Shown: positions 53,733-62,865 of the stretch, one piece after another | Position numbering within the stretch: the first letter of the stretch is position 1 | How the letters are laid out: the number at the start of each line of letters is the position of its first letter | DNA from: Bacillota bacterium | GTDB taxonomy: Bacteria > Bacillota > Dethiobacteria > DTU022 > UBA8154 | Assembly (NCBI GenBank): GCA_012798755.1 | Contig: JAAZMP010000098.1 | Location: forward strand, 12,082 to 76,081 | Length of the DNA stretch: 64,000 bases | Reading direction: 5' to 3' | Translations under genes and position numbers: made by a program | Notes under the pieces: model-generated | What the model was told of the DNA's origin: nothing | What the model saw: the letters and a program-made list of their open reading frames with translations, nothing else | Database searches by the model: none

Positions 53733-55766
53733 TTATTCCTCTTCCTCGCTTTTGCCAATGCTGTTTTCATTATTGAAAAGATCCCCAAACACATCCCCCA
53801 GTGTTACGTTCTGATTTTCGTTTTCTTTGGAGTAGGAGTGAGTGGTAAGATCTCTTGGTGCAGGTCGCGCCTTTTTAATGCTAAGGCTGATCCTTTTGCT
53901 GTCTACATTTATATCCAAAATTTTTGTTTCAACCACTTCGCCTTCCTGAACAATTTCCGAAGGATGCTTTACGTGAAAATCAGCCATCTGGGAAATATGC
54001 ACCAGCCCTTCCACGCCCGGAAAAAGTTCAACAAATGCACCAAAATTTACAATCCTTGTTACTTTCCCACTGATTATTTCCCCGACAGTGTATTCTTCAT
54101 CAACTTTGGTCCAGGGATCGGGTTGGGCTTGCCTAAGACTTAAACTTATTCTTTCCCGTTCCGGAATAATTTCCAGCACTTTTACTTCGATTTCTTCGCC
54201 AACTTTAAGAACATCTTGGGGATGTCCCACTCTTTGCCATGAGATTTCGGAAATGTGTACCAGGCCATCAATGCCACCAACATCAACAAAGGCACCAAAA
54301 TCCGTAAGTCTTTTTACAACCCCGGGGATTATTTCACCCTCTTTTAAATTTGCTAATGTTTCCTGTTTTTGTTTTTCTGCTTCCTCTTCCAGCATCTGTT
54401 TTCTGGAAAGAATGATTTTGTCGCGCTCTCTGTTAAGTTCAATGATTTTGAAAGAAAACTCCTGCCCCAAAAATTGTTGAAAATCAGGAATATAGCGAAC
54501 ATCTACAAGCGATCCAGGCATAAAGCCCTCAAGGCTGCTGCCCAATTCGATAATTATCCCGGCCGGGACTATTTCTTTTACGATTCCTTCCATGTTTTGG
54601 CCTGTTTCTGCAGCTTCCTCCAGCTCATTCCAGCGTCTTTCGCGTTCCAAGCGTTTTTGGGAGACAATAATCTTGTCTTCTTGGTCGTTAATTTTTAAAA
54701 TTAAAAGATCAACGCTGTCTTCAAGAGAAAATTTGTCTTTTAGTGTAGTATCCCCTTCCAAAAAGACTTCGGCACGAGGAAGTATCGCCTCAGTTTTATA
54801 GCCAAAATCAACCAATACTTGATCTTCTTCCACTAGAACAACCTTTCCCGTTATTATGTCACCAGGTCGGTAGTCCTTTTCCGGCACATCTTGATATGAA
54901 ACAACCTCCTCTGTTTTAGCTTCAAAATTATCATTTTCCATTTTAACCATAACCTCCTTTATCGTCCAAGGGGGAGTTGAAGCCCCCGCAGTCACCCCCA
55001 CGTTTTTGATCCCCACCAGCCACTTCGCTAAGATTTCCCGGGCTCCCGTAACCTGGTAGGTTTTTACTACCTCACGGCAGACCTGTGTTAACTTGTTGGT
55101 GTTAGAACTTTTTTCATCTCCCACAACCAACATTAGTTCTACCGTTGATGCCAATTTTACAGCTGAAGCCTGACGCAAAGCAGTTGCTTTGCAGATCGTG
55201 TGGTAAACTTCAAGATTAGGATTCTTTTTTTTCAGGATTTTTGCCATTTTTGAAAACCGATCTTCTCGCTGCGTGGTTTGCGAGATCAATAGAGCCTTGG
55301 GACCAAGCAGTGTTTCTTTTATGGTATCATAGTCTTCCGGATCAACAACTATGGCCTTTCCTTCAGTCCAGCCGGATACTGCTTGTACTTCTGGATGTTG
55401 TTTGTTTCCGCAGATAATAATGTCATAGCCATTTTTAAAAAATTCATGGGCGATTTTTTGCAAGCTTTTGACTTTTGGGCAGGTAGCATCAACAATTTTT
55501 AGACGTTTTTTTTCTCGCAAAATTTTTAAATGCCGGGGAGGAATGCCGTGTGCACGTATTATAACGGTACCGCTGTCCAATTTCTGAAGATCTTCAACAA
55601 TCTTTACTCCTTTTGAATGTAAAAAATTAGTGACTTCGTCATTGTGTACCAGCGGTCCTAAAGTAAAAACTTTTTCCCCCTTGTCAACCTCCTGCAATGT
55701 AAGCTTAAGTGCTCTTTTAACCCCGCTGCAAAAACCCGCGTGTTCAGCCAATAATACCCGCAACAA
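53733..55766 (-). CDS. ispH: Bifunctional IspH (HMBPP reductase) / ribosomal protein S1-like fusion
   Basis: The N-terminal ~280 aa are IspH/LytB (AGFCSGVKRA, ATCPKV, three Cys ligands). The C-terminal region has four S1 OB-fold repeats (e.g. GVVKRLTDFGAFVDVGGIDGLVHISE). The start is TTG. Confidence 0.9.
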   Translation of the reverse strand: MLRVLLAEHAGFCSGVKRALKLTLQEVDKGEKVFTLGPLVHNDEVTNFLHSKGVKIVEDLQKLDSGTVIIRAHGIPPRHLKILREKKRLKIVDATCPKVKSLQKIAHEFFKNGYDIIICGNKQHPEVQAVSGWTEGKAIVVDPEDYDTIKETLLGPKALLISQTTQREDRFSKMAKILKKKNPNLEVYHTICKATALRQASAVKLASTVELMLVVGDEKSSNTNKLTQVCREVVKTYQVTGAREILAKWLVGIKNVGVTAGASTPPWTIKEVMVKMENDNFEAKTEEVVSYQDVPEKDYRPGDIITGKVVLVEEDQVLVDFGYKTEAILPRAEVFLEGDTTLKDKFSLEDSVDLLILKINDQEDKIIVSQKRLERERRWNELEEAAETGQNMEGIVKEIVPAGIIIELGSSLEGFMPGSLVDVRYIPDFQQFLGQEFSFKIIELNRERDKIILSRKQMLEEEAEKQKQETLANLKEGEIIPGVVKRLTDFGAFVDVGGIDGLVHISEISWQRVGHPQDVLKVGEEIEVKVLEIIPERERISLSLRQAQPDPWTKVDEEYTVGEIISGKVTRIVNFGAFVELFPGVEGLVHISQMADFHVKHPSEIVQEGEVVETKILDINVDSKRISLSIKKARPAPRDLTTHSYSKENENQNVTLGDVFGDLFNNENSIGKSEEEE

Positions 55767-55782
55767 GCTATAACCCCCAAAT

Positions 55783-56358
55783 TTACAACAGCTTTTGCAT
55801 TTCTTCCGAAATCAGTGAAGTAGCTGTCTCCAACACTTTACCTTTTATTTTACCCTCTTCCGTAAAAGATATCAAAGGGCCTATTTTAACCTCTGCCGCT
55901 CGAAAAAATTTACCCGGCCATTTTATGAAGACGGGCAAAACAGGTGCTTTACTTCTCAAAGCGATTGCAGCTGCACCACGGTGAAGTTTTCCCAGTCCAT
56001 CACCCCGGCTTCTTGTCCCTTCAGGAAAAAGCCCCAGTATACCACCCTCCTCCAATACCTGCAAGGCATGTTTAACAGCATTTTTATCAGGTACATTTCT
56101 TTTTACAGGAAAGGCGCCCAGTTTTCTAAGAAGCGACCCAATAAAAGAAATTTTAAAAAGTTCCTCTTTGGCCATAAAATTCACTTTATGTTTACCGGGC
56201 AGCAAGCATCCAATTAAAGGAGGGTCAAACCAACTGGTATGGTTAGAACAAATGATAAAGGGACCTTGCGCAGGAAGGTTCTTTTTTCCATGATACTTCC
56301 ATCGATACATGCATTTAAAATATAAATGGAAAAGTTTTCGCACAAGCCGGTAAAACAT
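55783..56358 (-). CDS. plsC: 1-acyl-sn-glycerol-3-phosphate acyltransferase
   Basis: It has the HX4D motif (SNHTSWFDPP) and FPEGTRS. Confidence 0.85.
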   Translation of the reverse strand: MFYRLVRKLFHLYFKCMYRWKYHGKKNLPAQGPFIICSNHTSWFDPPLIGCLLPGKHKVNFMAKEELFKISFIGSLLRKLGAFPVKRNVPDKNAVKHALQVLEEGGILGLFPEGTRSRGDGLGKLHRGAAAIALRSKAPVLPVFIKWPGKFFRAAEVKIGPLISFTEEGKIKGKVLETATSLISEEMQKLL

Positions 56359-56359
56359 A

Positions 56360-57037
56360 TCAACAACCCTCGTTACGAATTGTTTTTAAAACTGTTTCTA
56401 CAACTTCTTCAAAAGTATAATCAGTCGTATCTATAGCCAGAGCTTCCGGAGCAGCCCTAAGGGGTGCTTCTGCTCGTTCCTGATCAATGCGATCCCTTTG
56501 ATCTATTTCTTTAAGAAGATCCTTATAGTTTACATTTAAGCCCTTGTCCCTCATTTCCAGCCAGCGCCTTCTGGTGCGTTCCTCCAAACTGGCTGATAAA
56601 AAAAACTTATAGTCGGCATCTACCAATACATTGGTTCCAATATCCCGACCTTCCATAACGATCCCATTGCTTTTTTCAGCAAGTTCCCTTTGTAAGAAAA
56701 CAAGCTTTTTTCTCAAGCCGGGTGACTTAGCAACAATAGAAACATTTTCATTGATCTGGGGGCTGCGAATTTTGTCTGTAACATCTTCACCGTCCAGGTA
56801 TATTAAAGTACCTTTTTGGCGATTGTGTTCGATTTTCATGTTACAATTTTGTACTAATTTAATTAGCAGTTTGTCGTTATGTAAATCAATGCCTTCTTTT
56901 AAGGCTTTCAAAGTGATGGCTCGATACATTGCCCCTGTATCGAGACATGTCATCCCTAACCGATGCGCAACTTCTTTGGCAACACTGCTTTTTCCCGCGC
57001 CGGCTGGGCCATCGATAGCAATCTGCACTCTTACCAC
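56360..57037 (-). CDS. cmk: Cytidylate kinase
   Basis: It has the IAIDGPAGAGKSS P-loop. The start is GTG at 57037 or GTG at 57028. Confidence 0.9.
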   Translation of the reverse strand: MVRVQIAIDGPAGAGKSSVAKEVAHRLGMTCLDTGAMYRAITLKALKEGIDLHNDKLLIKLVQNCNMKIEHNRQKGTLIYLDGEDVTDKIRSPQINENVSIVAKSPGLRKKLVFLQRELAEKSNGIVMEGRDIGTNVLVDADYKFFLSASLEERTRRRWLEMRDKGLNVNYKDLLKEIDQRDRIDQERAEAPLRAAPEALAIDTTDYTFEEVVETVLKTIRNEGC

Positions 57038-57084
57038 CCCGATATTACTCCGTTAAAGCAGTTATGTTTCTATAAAATAAATAT

Positions 57085-57139
57085 ACCGGATTTCTTTTTT
57101 TTGCGCTTAAAGTTTGCGCAAAATAAAAGAAAACCCGGT
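57085..57139 (-). promoter_or_regulatory. Long (about 22-bp) A/U-rich hairpin in the cmk leader. It could be an attenuator, or the terminator of the upstream gene.
   Basis: The minus strand reads ACCGGGTTTTCTTTTATTTTGCGC-AAACTTTAA-GCGCAAAAAAAAGAAATCCGGT followed by ATATTTATTTTAT. Confidence 0.4.
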
Positions 57140-57170
57140 TAATGGAAGATTGTCTCCTGACCCTTTAAAA

Positions 57171-57207
57171 ACCTTCACCTTTACACCTTGCACCTTATTA
57201 CCACCTC
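57171..57207 (-). repeat. Array of five Shine-Dalgarno-like (A/G)AGGUG motifs in the cmk leader
   Basis: The minus strand reads GAGGTG-gtaat-AAGGTG-c-AAGGTG-ta-AAGGTG-AAGGT. On the plus strand, CACCT starts at 57176, 57184, 57191 and 57202. Confidence 0.85.
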
Positions 57208-57235
57208 ATAGAAAAAAAGAAAAGCATCCATAGCA

Positions 57236-57264
57236 ATAATATACTATAATATCGCTTTTGACAA
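57236..57264 (-). promoter_or_regulatory. Candidate sigma-A promoter of the cmk operon
   Basis: The minus strand reads TTGTCA, a 17-nt spacer, then TATTAT, just after the stop of the upstream gene. Confidence 0.4.
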
Positions 57265-57276
57265 CCCTAATAAGAA

Positions 57277-57804
57277 TTATTCAGGAATGATCCAGGCTAT
57301 TAGATCCCTTTCCCCAAAGGTTTTTAGTTCATACCCTTTTTCGGGAGACTTTAATTTGCCATGAATTTCCACTATGGATATCGAAGCCGGTCTATCCCCG
57401 GAAACTTTTCCGATTACCTCCAATAAGTCCCCCGGTTGTACATTAACACAAATGCTTTCATTTCCAAATTGCTCTACAACCTCGTTATTTATAAGCAAAT
57501 AAAGAGTACATGAACCTTCGGGAGGAGCCTTTAACTCCAAAACCAAAGTGATCCCTTCCTGTGTTAGGTAGGAAGACTGCGTTTTTTCAGTAATTATTTT
57601 CCGTCCCATTGTTTCCCGGGCTTCTGCCTCTTGCATTACAGGTTTTCCTTCAACCTTATCCGTTTTGCTTAAAAATAAACGCAAGTCGCCATTTAACAGC
57701 ACGGCCTGAACAATAAATAGCAGAACAACAAAAACAAGAGCTACCCTAAAAATAATTTTTTCGATTGCAGTTACAAAACGTTGTAACCATCTATCGAAAT
57801 CCAT
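57277..57804 (-). CDS. Hypothetical membrane-anchored protein
   Basis: The ATG at 57804 follows GAGAAGGGGG. It has one N-terminal TM helix (VALVFVVLLFIVQAVLL) and no motif I recognise. Confidence 0.5.
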   Translation of the reverse strand: MDFDRWLQRFVTAIEKIIFRVALVFVVLLFIVQAVLLNGDLRLFLSKTDKVEGKPVMQEAEARETMGRKIITEKTQSSYLTQEGITLVLELKAPPEGSCTLYLLINNEVVEQFGNESICVNVQPGDLLEVIGKVSGDRPASISIVEIHGKLKSPEKGYELKTFGERDLIAWIIPE

Positions 57805-57873
57805 AAAATATAAAGCCCCCTTCTCTATATATTTATGCAATACAGGGGACTTTAATACTTGTTTCCCGTCTGC

Positions 57874-58368
57874 TTAGCGGTTGCTTTCTCTTAAACGCAG
57901 CATCAACCTGTTCTGGAAAAATTCGTTCATTTTAAATAATAACCGTTCTACCTCTCTATTATTTAAAATGATACTATTTGGTTCGAGGATTTCAATTCGC
58001 CTGAATTCCTCACGAATGATGAAACGCAACAGGTCCTCCAGCGAATCCGCCCATACTACCAGTTCCAGAGGGGCAAAGGCAATTTCTTCGTCCATTTCGG
58101 CATCGTATACACTATATATTTCACCAAGATCCATATTTTCAACGTTTATTCCTTGTAAAGGTACGTTTCTCCAAAGTGCTACCTGCTGTTCCCTGTAGTC
58201 CTGAGCAACTTCTTCTGTTCTTTTGCCACCGAAAAAAAAGCGCGCCGGCCTAGGTTTGCCTTTATAATCAAATCTTACTTTAAATTTTAGGCGATAATCA
58301 GCCCGTTTTTCTCTGCTAATTTCAGTTTTTTCCCCTTTTTCGCGGGAATTAATTTCTGACTTAAACAT
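57874..58368 (-). CDS. Hypothetical protein (basic N-terminus, acidic core)
   Basis: It is a 164-aa ORF with coding-like composition and a weak SD. I recognise no motif. Confidence 0.45.
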   Translation of the reverse strand: MFKSEINSREKGEKTEISREKRADYRLKFKVRFDYKGKPRPARFFFGGKRTEEVAQDYREQQVALWRNVPLQGINVENMDLGEIYSVYDAEMDEEIAFAPLELVVWADSLEDLLRFIIREEFRRIEILEPNSIILNNREVERLLFKMNEFFQNRLMLRLRESNR

Positions 58369-58543
58369 TTGTTATCTTTCTCTCTTTCTATCCACACAAT
58401 GGCTTCAAGGATATATTCTATTGTTATTTTGCCTATAATATCTATAATACCCAAATATAAGCTTACCCTTCATGATGTTTTTAATTCTTCAGTAAATCAA
58501 TATTTCCTGCATGAAACAAGAGATAAAAAAAGTATTGTAACAG

Positions 58544-59158
58544 CTAAACCGCCAAGTGGCAAGTATCATTGTATACATCCAAATAGGCATTTTTCCAGTC
58601 ATCATATAAGATAGTTGTAAGGGAAGCCGGTGATAGTCTTAGTCTGTTAATCTTAGAAAAAGGCATACCTAGGATCCCGGCCACCAGCACTTTAATAGCT
58701 CCGGCATGAGTAACGATAACAAAATTTTCTTTCCTTTCATCAGCCGCCAAAAGCTCTTCATAGCTTTTAAGAACCCTGTCTTTGAAATCTTCAAACTGCT
58801 CCCCATTAGGAATGACACTGTTTTCCGGGTTAATCATCCATTGATCAACGTGTTTTTGTTCTTTTTCATTCATTTCGGTGTATACTTTCCCTTCCCAGTT
58901 ACCGAAATATATTTCGCTTAATCCCTCGACAGGTTGCGGTTTCAGATCGCGTGCAAAAGCAATGTTTTTTGCAGTTTCAAGGGTACGTAAAAGTGGGCTG
59001 GAAAATACTTCGCTAAATTTTTCAGAACTCAAACGTTGTGAAACAAGCTGCGCCTGGTTTTTCCCGGTTTCATTCAAAGGAATATTTTCCTTGCCCTGGA
59101 AACGCATCTGTAAATTCCAGTTTGTTTCACCATGTCTTACCAAAAACACTTTTTGCAT
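58544..59158 (-). CDS. Histidine phosphatase family protein (PGM/CobC-like)
   Basis: It has the RHGETNWN catalytic motif and a downstream H in VTHAGAIK. Confidence 0.85.
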   Translation of the reverse strand: MQKVFLVRHGETNWNLQMRFQGKENIPLNETGKNQAQLVSQRLSSEKFSEVFSSPLLRTLETAKNIAFARDLKPQPVEGLSEIYFGNWEGKVYTEMNEKEQKHVDQWMINPENSVIPNGEQFEDFKDRVLKSYEELLAADERKENFVIVTHAGAIKVLVAGILGMPFSKINRLRLSPASLTTILYDDWKNAYLDVYNDTCHLAV

Positions 59159-59188
59159 TATTTTTTATCCCCCCATGACATAATAAAA

Positions 59189-59923
59189 CTACATCAGGTC
59201 TACCAATTCTTTTAGTTTACGGATTTCTTTTCGGGTCAAAGCTCTGTAGTCCGAAGGACGAAGCCCTTCCAAATTTAAAAAAGCGAAGGCAACCCTTTTG
59301 AGAAACAAAACAGGATGTCCAATAGCCAAGCACATACGTTTAACCTGTCTTTTTTTACCTTCGCGCAGCGTCATTATTAATGATGTGCCCTTTTTTTGTT
59401 GTGAAGCAACTTTTACCTCAGCCGGGGAGGTCAGCCCATCTTCCAAAAGAACTCCCTTGGACAGTTTGCGCAGATCCTTAAGAGAAGGAGCGCCTTTAAC
59501 CGTAACAAAGTATTTTTTGGGAACTTGAAAACGGGGATGTGTCAACCTAAAGGCCAGTTTCCCATCATTGGTTAATAATAGCAACCCTTCAGTATCCATA
59601 TCCAGTCTGCCTACGGGGAAAAGACCTTTTTTGATCTTCGCTGGGAAAAAATCCATTACGGTAGGACGGCCAAAAGGGTCACTGACCGTTGTCAGGCAGC
59701 CTTTGGGTTTAAATAAAAGGTAATATTTTTTCTCCAGGGCTTCTACAGTGTTTTGATCAACCTCAACATGATCGCGGTTTGGATTAATTTTTCTCCCTGG
59801 TTCTTTTACAGTGATGCCATTTACCTTTACCCTGCCGGCCATGATTAGCCTCTCGGCGGCACGCCGTGAAGCTATGCCGCCGGCAGCAATAAATTTGGCA
59901 AGTCTTATCAATTTGTTTTTCAT
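59189..59923 (-). CDS. rluB: 23S rRNA pseudouridine synthase, RsuA/RluB family
   Basis: It has an N-terminal S4 domain (RLAKFIAAGGIASRRAAERLI) and the catalytic motif GRLDMDTEGLLLLTNDG. Confidence 0.9.
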   Translation of the reverse strand: MKNKLIRLAKFIAAGGIASRRAAERLIMAGRVKVNGITVKEPGRKINPNRDHVEVDQNTVEALEKKYYLLFKPKGCLTTVSDPFGRPTVMDFFPAKIKKGLFPVGRLDMDTEGLLLLTNDGKLAFRLTHPRFQVPKKYFVTVKGAPSLKDLRKLSKGVLLEDGLTSPAEVKVASQQKKGTSLIMTLREGKKRQVKRMCLAIGHPVLFLKRVAFAFLNLEGLRPSDYRALTRKEIRKLKELVDLM

Positions 59924-59941
59924 ACTTTAATTATAATATAG

Positions 59942-60493
59942 TTATCCTTTAAAAACCAGGTTGCAAATAAATACGGCCGCTAAAATACCGGCCAAATCGG
60001 CCAACAAACCGACAGTTAGGGCGTAGCGTGTTTTTTTGATGCCCACCGCACCGAAATATACGGTTAAAATATATAAAGTGGTATCGGTGCTTCCCTGCAT
60101 CGTAGCTGCAATACGTCCCAACAATGAGTCAGCCCCGTAAGTTTTCATAATTTCTGCAGTAATGGCCAATGCACTGCCCCCGGAGATAGGGCGCATAAAA
60201 GCCAGGGGCAAAATTTCTGCGGGAATACCCAAAAACCTAATAAGAGGCGCTAGCAAATTTGTAAACAGTTCCATGGCGCCACTATCCCTGAATAAACCAA
60301 TTGCAACCATCATACCCACTAGAAATGGTATCAACCGTACGGACATGGTAAAGCCCTCCCGGGCCCCTTCTATAAATGTATCGAAAACTTTTATTCCCCG
60401 AAAGTAAGCATAAAGAAGTGCAAAAAGGATCAAGCAGGGTACAACCCAGACAGAAATAATGTTTAAAACAGAAAAAAGAGCCATACCCATCAC
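59942..60493 (-). CDS. spmB: Spore maturation protein B
   Basis: It is a nucleoside-recognition-type membrane protein directly after spmA and dacB, as in the B. subtilis dacB-spmA-spmB operon. Confidence 0.85.
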   Translation of the reverse strand: MMGMALFSVLNIISVWVVPCLILFALLYAYFRGIKVFDTFIEGAREGFTMSVRLIPFLVGMMVAIGLFRDSGAMELFTNLLAPLIRFLGIPAEILPLAFMRPISGGSALAITAEIMKTYGADSLLGRIAATMQGSTDTTLYILTVYFGAVGIKKTRYALTVGLLADLAGILAAVFICNLVFKG

Positions 60494-61128
60494 TAATTTC
60501 TTTTTGCTGCTTTTATTGTTTTTGGAAGCGGTGTTCTTGTTTTATCCTTCCAGGAATAGTAATGTCTGAAGATCCGATCGCAAGCGATTGCCGTTAAGCT
60601 GGAGGTGAAGGTGGCAATGATTGTTGTTCCGATGATATCCCCGGGGTTTAAAGCCCCGGTTGCAGCCCTTAAAGCAATAATCGTGGTGGGAATCAGTGTC
60701 AGGCTGGAGGTGTTTAAGGCCAAAAGGGTACACATATTTGCTGTTGCTGTATCCGGTTTGTCGTTTAAAGTCTGTAGTTTTTCCATCGCTTTAATGCCGA
60801 AAGGCGTTGCTGCATTACCCATACCTAAAAGATTGGCACCCATGTTCATAAGCATGGCGTTCATAGCCTTGTGGTTACGGGGAATGCCCGGGAAAAGCCA
60901 ATAAGCCAAGGGTTTAAGCAAAAATATGACGATATGTATAAAACCTGACTTTTCGATAATTTTCATAATGCCAAGCCAAAAAGTCATGATACTGATCAAA
61001 CCAAAAACAACGCTTACAGCATTTTCTGCGGAAGCAAAAATTATTGGCGTTATCATTTCCATATTACCATTTAACCCGGCAAAAATAATAGCTATAGTGA
61101 TCATGCCCACCCAAAGCAAGTTCACCAC
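60493..61128 (-). CDS. spmA: Spore maturation protein A
   Basis: It is a membrane protein with a Gate/nucleoside-recognition domain, in conserved operon position after dacB. Confidence 0.85.
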   Translation of the reverse strand: MVNLLWVGMITIAIIFAGLNGNMEMITPIIFASAENAVSVVFGLISIMTFWLGIMKIIEKSGFIHIVIFLLKPLAYWLFPGIPRNHKAMNAMLMNMGANLLGMGNAATPFGIKAMEKLQTLNDKPDTATANMCTLLALNTSSLTLIPTTIIALRAATGALNPGDIIGTTIIATFTSSLTAIACDRIFRHYYSWKDKTRTPLPKTIKAAKRN

Positions 61129-61129
61129 A

Positions 61130-62278
61130 TTATTCTCTCCTCCCGAACGTTCTTTTCAATTTTTCCCAAAAACTTATTTTTCTGACTTCGTGTCCGGCAA
61201 GCAAATCAATTCGTCCAACCACATCTTTGCAAAAACTGATTTCAAGTTCCCCAACTTTCTCACCTGTTTTGAGCGGAGCTTGCAATGGTTCATTTATGAC
61301 AAAACGATAGGTAATCTTATTATCCTCACTGCCTTCGTTGTTTTTCGGGATTTTCAATGGAAAACCAAAGCTTTGTGAGGCAATAATTTTTACTTTGTCT
61401 TCCATTCCGTTTTCAACTGCTACTGATTTCAGGTGCTGCCCTTTTTTCAGAAAACATTTGTGTTGAAATTCCACAAAACCATAGTCCAACAAAATTTGTG
61501 TATCCTCCCACATCCGCGGCGCATTTAACACGACAGAGATAAGCCGGCGTCCGTCACGCGCCGCAGCACCAACAAAACAACGTCCAGCCGGTGTAGTCCA
61601 ACCTGTTTTGATTCCTTCGGCTCCTTCGTAGGAAGTCAGAAGTTTGTTTTGATTATATAAAACACGATCCCACGGTTGCTCCGGCCAGGAAATAACTGCA
61701 CTGGCTGTCGAAACAATCCGACGAAACTCTTTAATTCCCATGGCATGAGCGGAGATCAACGCCATGTCATAGGGGGTACTATAATGTTCAGGATGGTGTA
61801 GCCCGTGTGGATTGCAAAAAGAGGTATTCAAAGCCCCAAGTTCTGCTGCCCTTTGCGTCATCAATGCAGCAAAATCTTCCACGCTACCTGAAATGTGTTC
61901 GGCAATAGCTACGGCGGCATCGTTACCGGAACGTAACATCAGCCCTAGAAGTAACTCCTCCATATTTTTTACTTCCCCTTCTTCCAACCAAATAGAAGAA
62001 CCGCCGGTATTGGCAGCCCGCGGACTGGTTATAATTTTGTCATTTAATTTTCCTTTTTCCAAGGCGATAACAGCAGTCATAATTTTTGTGGTACTGGCCA
62101 CCGGCCTGGCCAAATAAGGGTTCTTGGCATAAAGAATTCTTCCGCTGTTCCAATCAAAAAGTATTGCTGCTTCGGCAGAAATTTCCGGTAAGGTTGTTTC
62201 TGCTCCAACTGTAAAAGAAAATAAAAAGAAAAAAAGCAATAACATGAAATTGGTGCGAAAGCTTGCTCTTTTGATCAT
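61130..62278 (-). CDS. dacB: D-alanyl-D-alanine carboxypeptidase (sporulation-type PBP5*)
   Basis: It has a signal peptide, SxxK (ASTTK), SxN (RSGND) and KTG (IKTGWT) motifs, plus a C-terminal PBP5_C domain. Confidence 0.9.
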   Translation of the reverse strand: MIKRASFRTNFMLLLFFFLFSFTVGAETTLPEISAEAAILFDWNSGRILYAKNPYLARPVASTTKIMTAVIALEKGKLNDKIITSPRAANTGGSSIWLEEGEVKNMEELLLGLMLRSGNDAAVAIAEHISGSVEDFAALMTQRAAELGALNTSFCNPHGLHHPEHYSTPYDMALISAHAMGIKEFRRIVSTASAVISWPEQPWDRVLYNQNKLLTSYEGAEGIKTGWTTPAGRCFVGAAARDGRRLISVVLNAPRMWEDTQILLDYGFVEFQHKCFLKKGQHLKSVAVENGMEDKVKIIASQSFGFPLKIPKNNEGSEDNKITYRFVINEPLQAPLKTGEKVGELEISFCKDVVGRIDLLAGHEVRKISFWEKLKRTFGRRE

Positions 62279-62367
62279 TTTATCCCCCGGCTATCTGTTG
62301 AAAAAAATTTTCAACCAAATAATCTCTTCTAGGCATATTTATTCTTTGAGGGTCCTTTTTATGATAA

Positions 62368-62391
62368 ATGAAAAAGGGCTCTGAAGAGCCC
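62368..62391 (-). terminator. Terminator after ytfJ
   Basis: The minus strand reads GGGCTC-TTCA-GAGCCC followed by TTTTTCATTT. Confidence 0.6.
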
Positions 62392-62439
62392 ACATAAAGA
62401 ATAAAGCAGATCAGCTAGGATTTTATTTTGTAGTTGCTG

Positions 62440-62865
62440 CTAAAACTTAAAATCAATATCCTCGGATTCCTCAGGTGTTGTCAGATCCTGCAAATAATGG
62501 ATCACTTGCGGGGCCAAATCAACGAGCCGATCGAGAATAGCACTGCGATCAACCGGCAAAAGTTTTACTTCTCCATGAGCGACTACCAGGAAAGCCATGG
62601 GGTGAATAGAAACGCCTCCGCCGCTACCACCACCAAAAGGTAAGGACAACTGCTGGTTTGATGCCGTAGCATCACTTATTTCTTCATCTTCAGATTCAAA
62701 TTCGGAGCCGCCGGTAACGAAACCAAAAGCGACCTTTGATACAGGAATAATAACATGACCGTCAGGAGTTTCTACTGGATCGCCAACGACCTTAGTAACA
62801 TCGATCATTTCTTTTAGGTTCTCCATGGCTGTAGTCATCAACCCTTGGATGGGATGCTCTGTCAT
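62440..62865 (-). CDS. ytfJ: Sporulation protein YtfJ/GerW family
   Basis: It has IIPVSKVAFGFVTGGSEF and FGGGSGGGVSI.P.AFLVV motifs typical of YtfJ/GerW. Confidence 0.85.
   Translation of the reverse strand: MTEHPIQGLMTTAMENLKEMIDVTKVVGDPVETPDGHVIIPVSKVAFGFVTGGSEFESEDEEISDATASNQQLSLPFGGGSGGGVSIHPMAFLVVAHGEVKLLPVDRSAILDRLVDLAPQVIHYLQDLTTPEESEDIDFKF

Noticed and set aside
57196-57210. T-box-like GGUGGUA in the cmk leader
   Set aside because: Only 7 nt match the T-box sequence (the following CCGCG is absent). No specifier loop or Stem I features are visible, and cmk is not an aminoacyl-tRNA-related gene.
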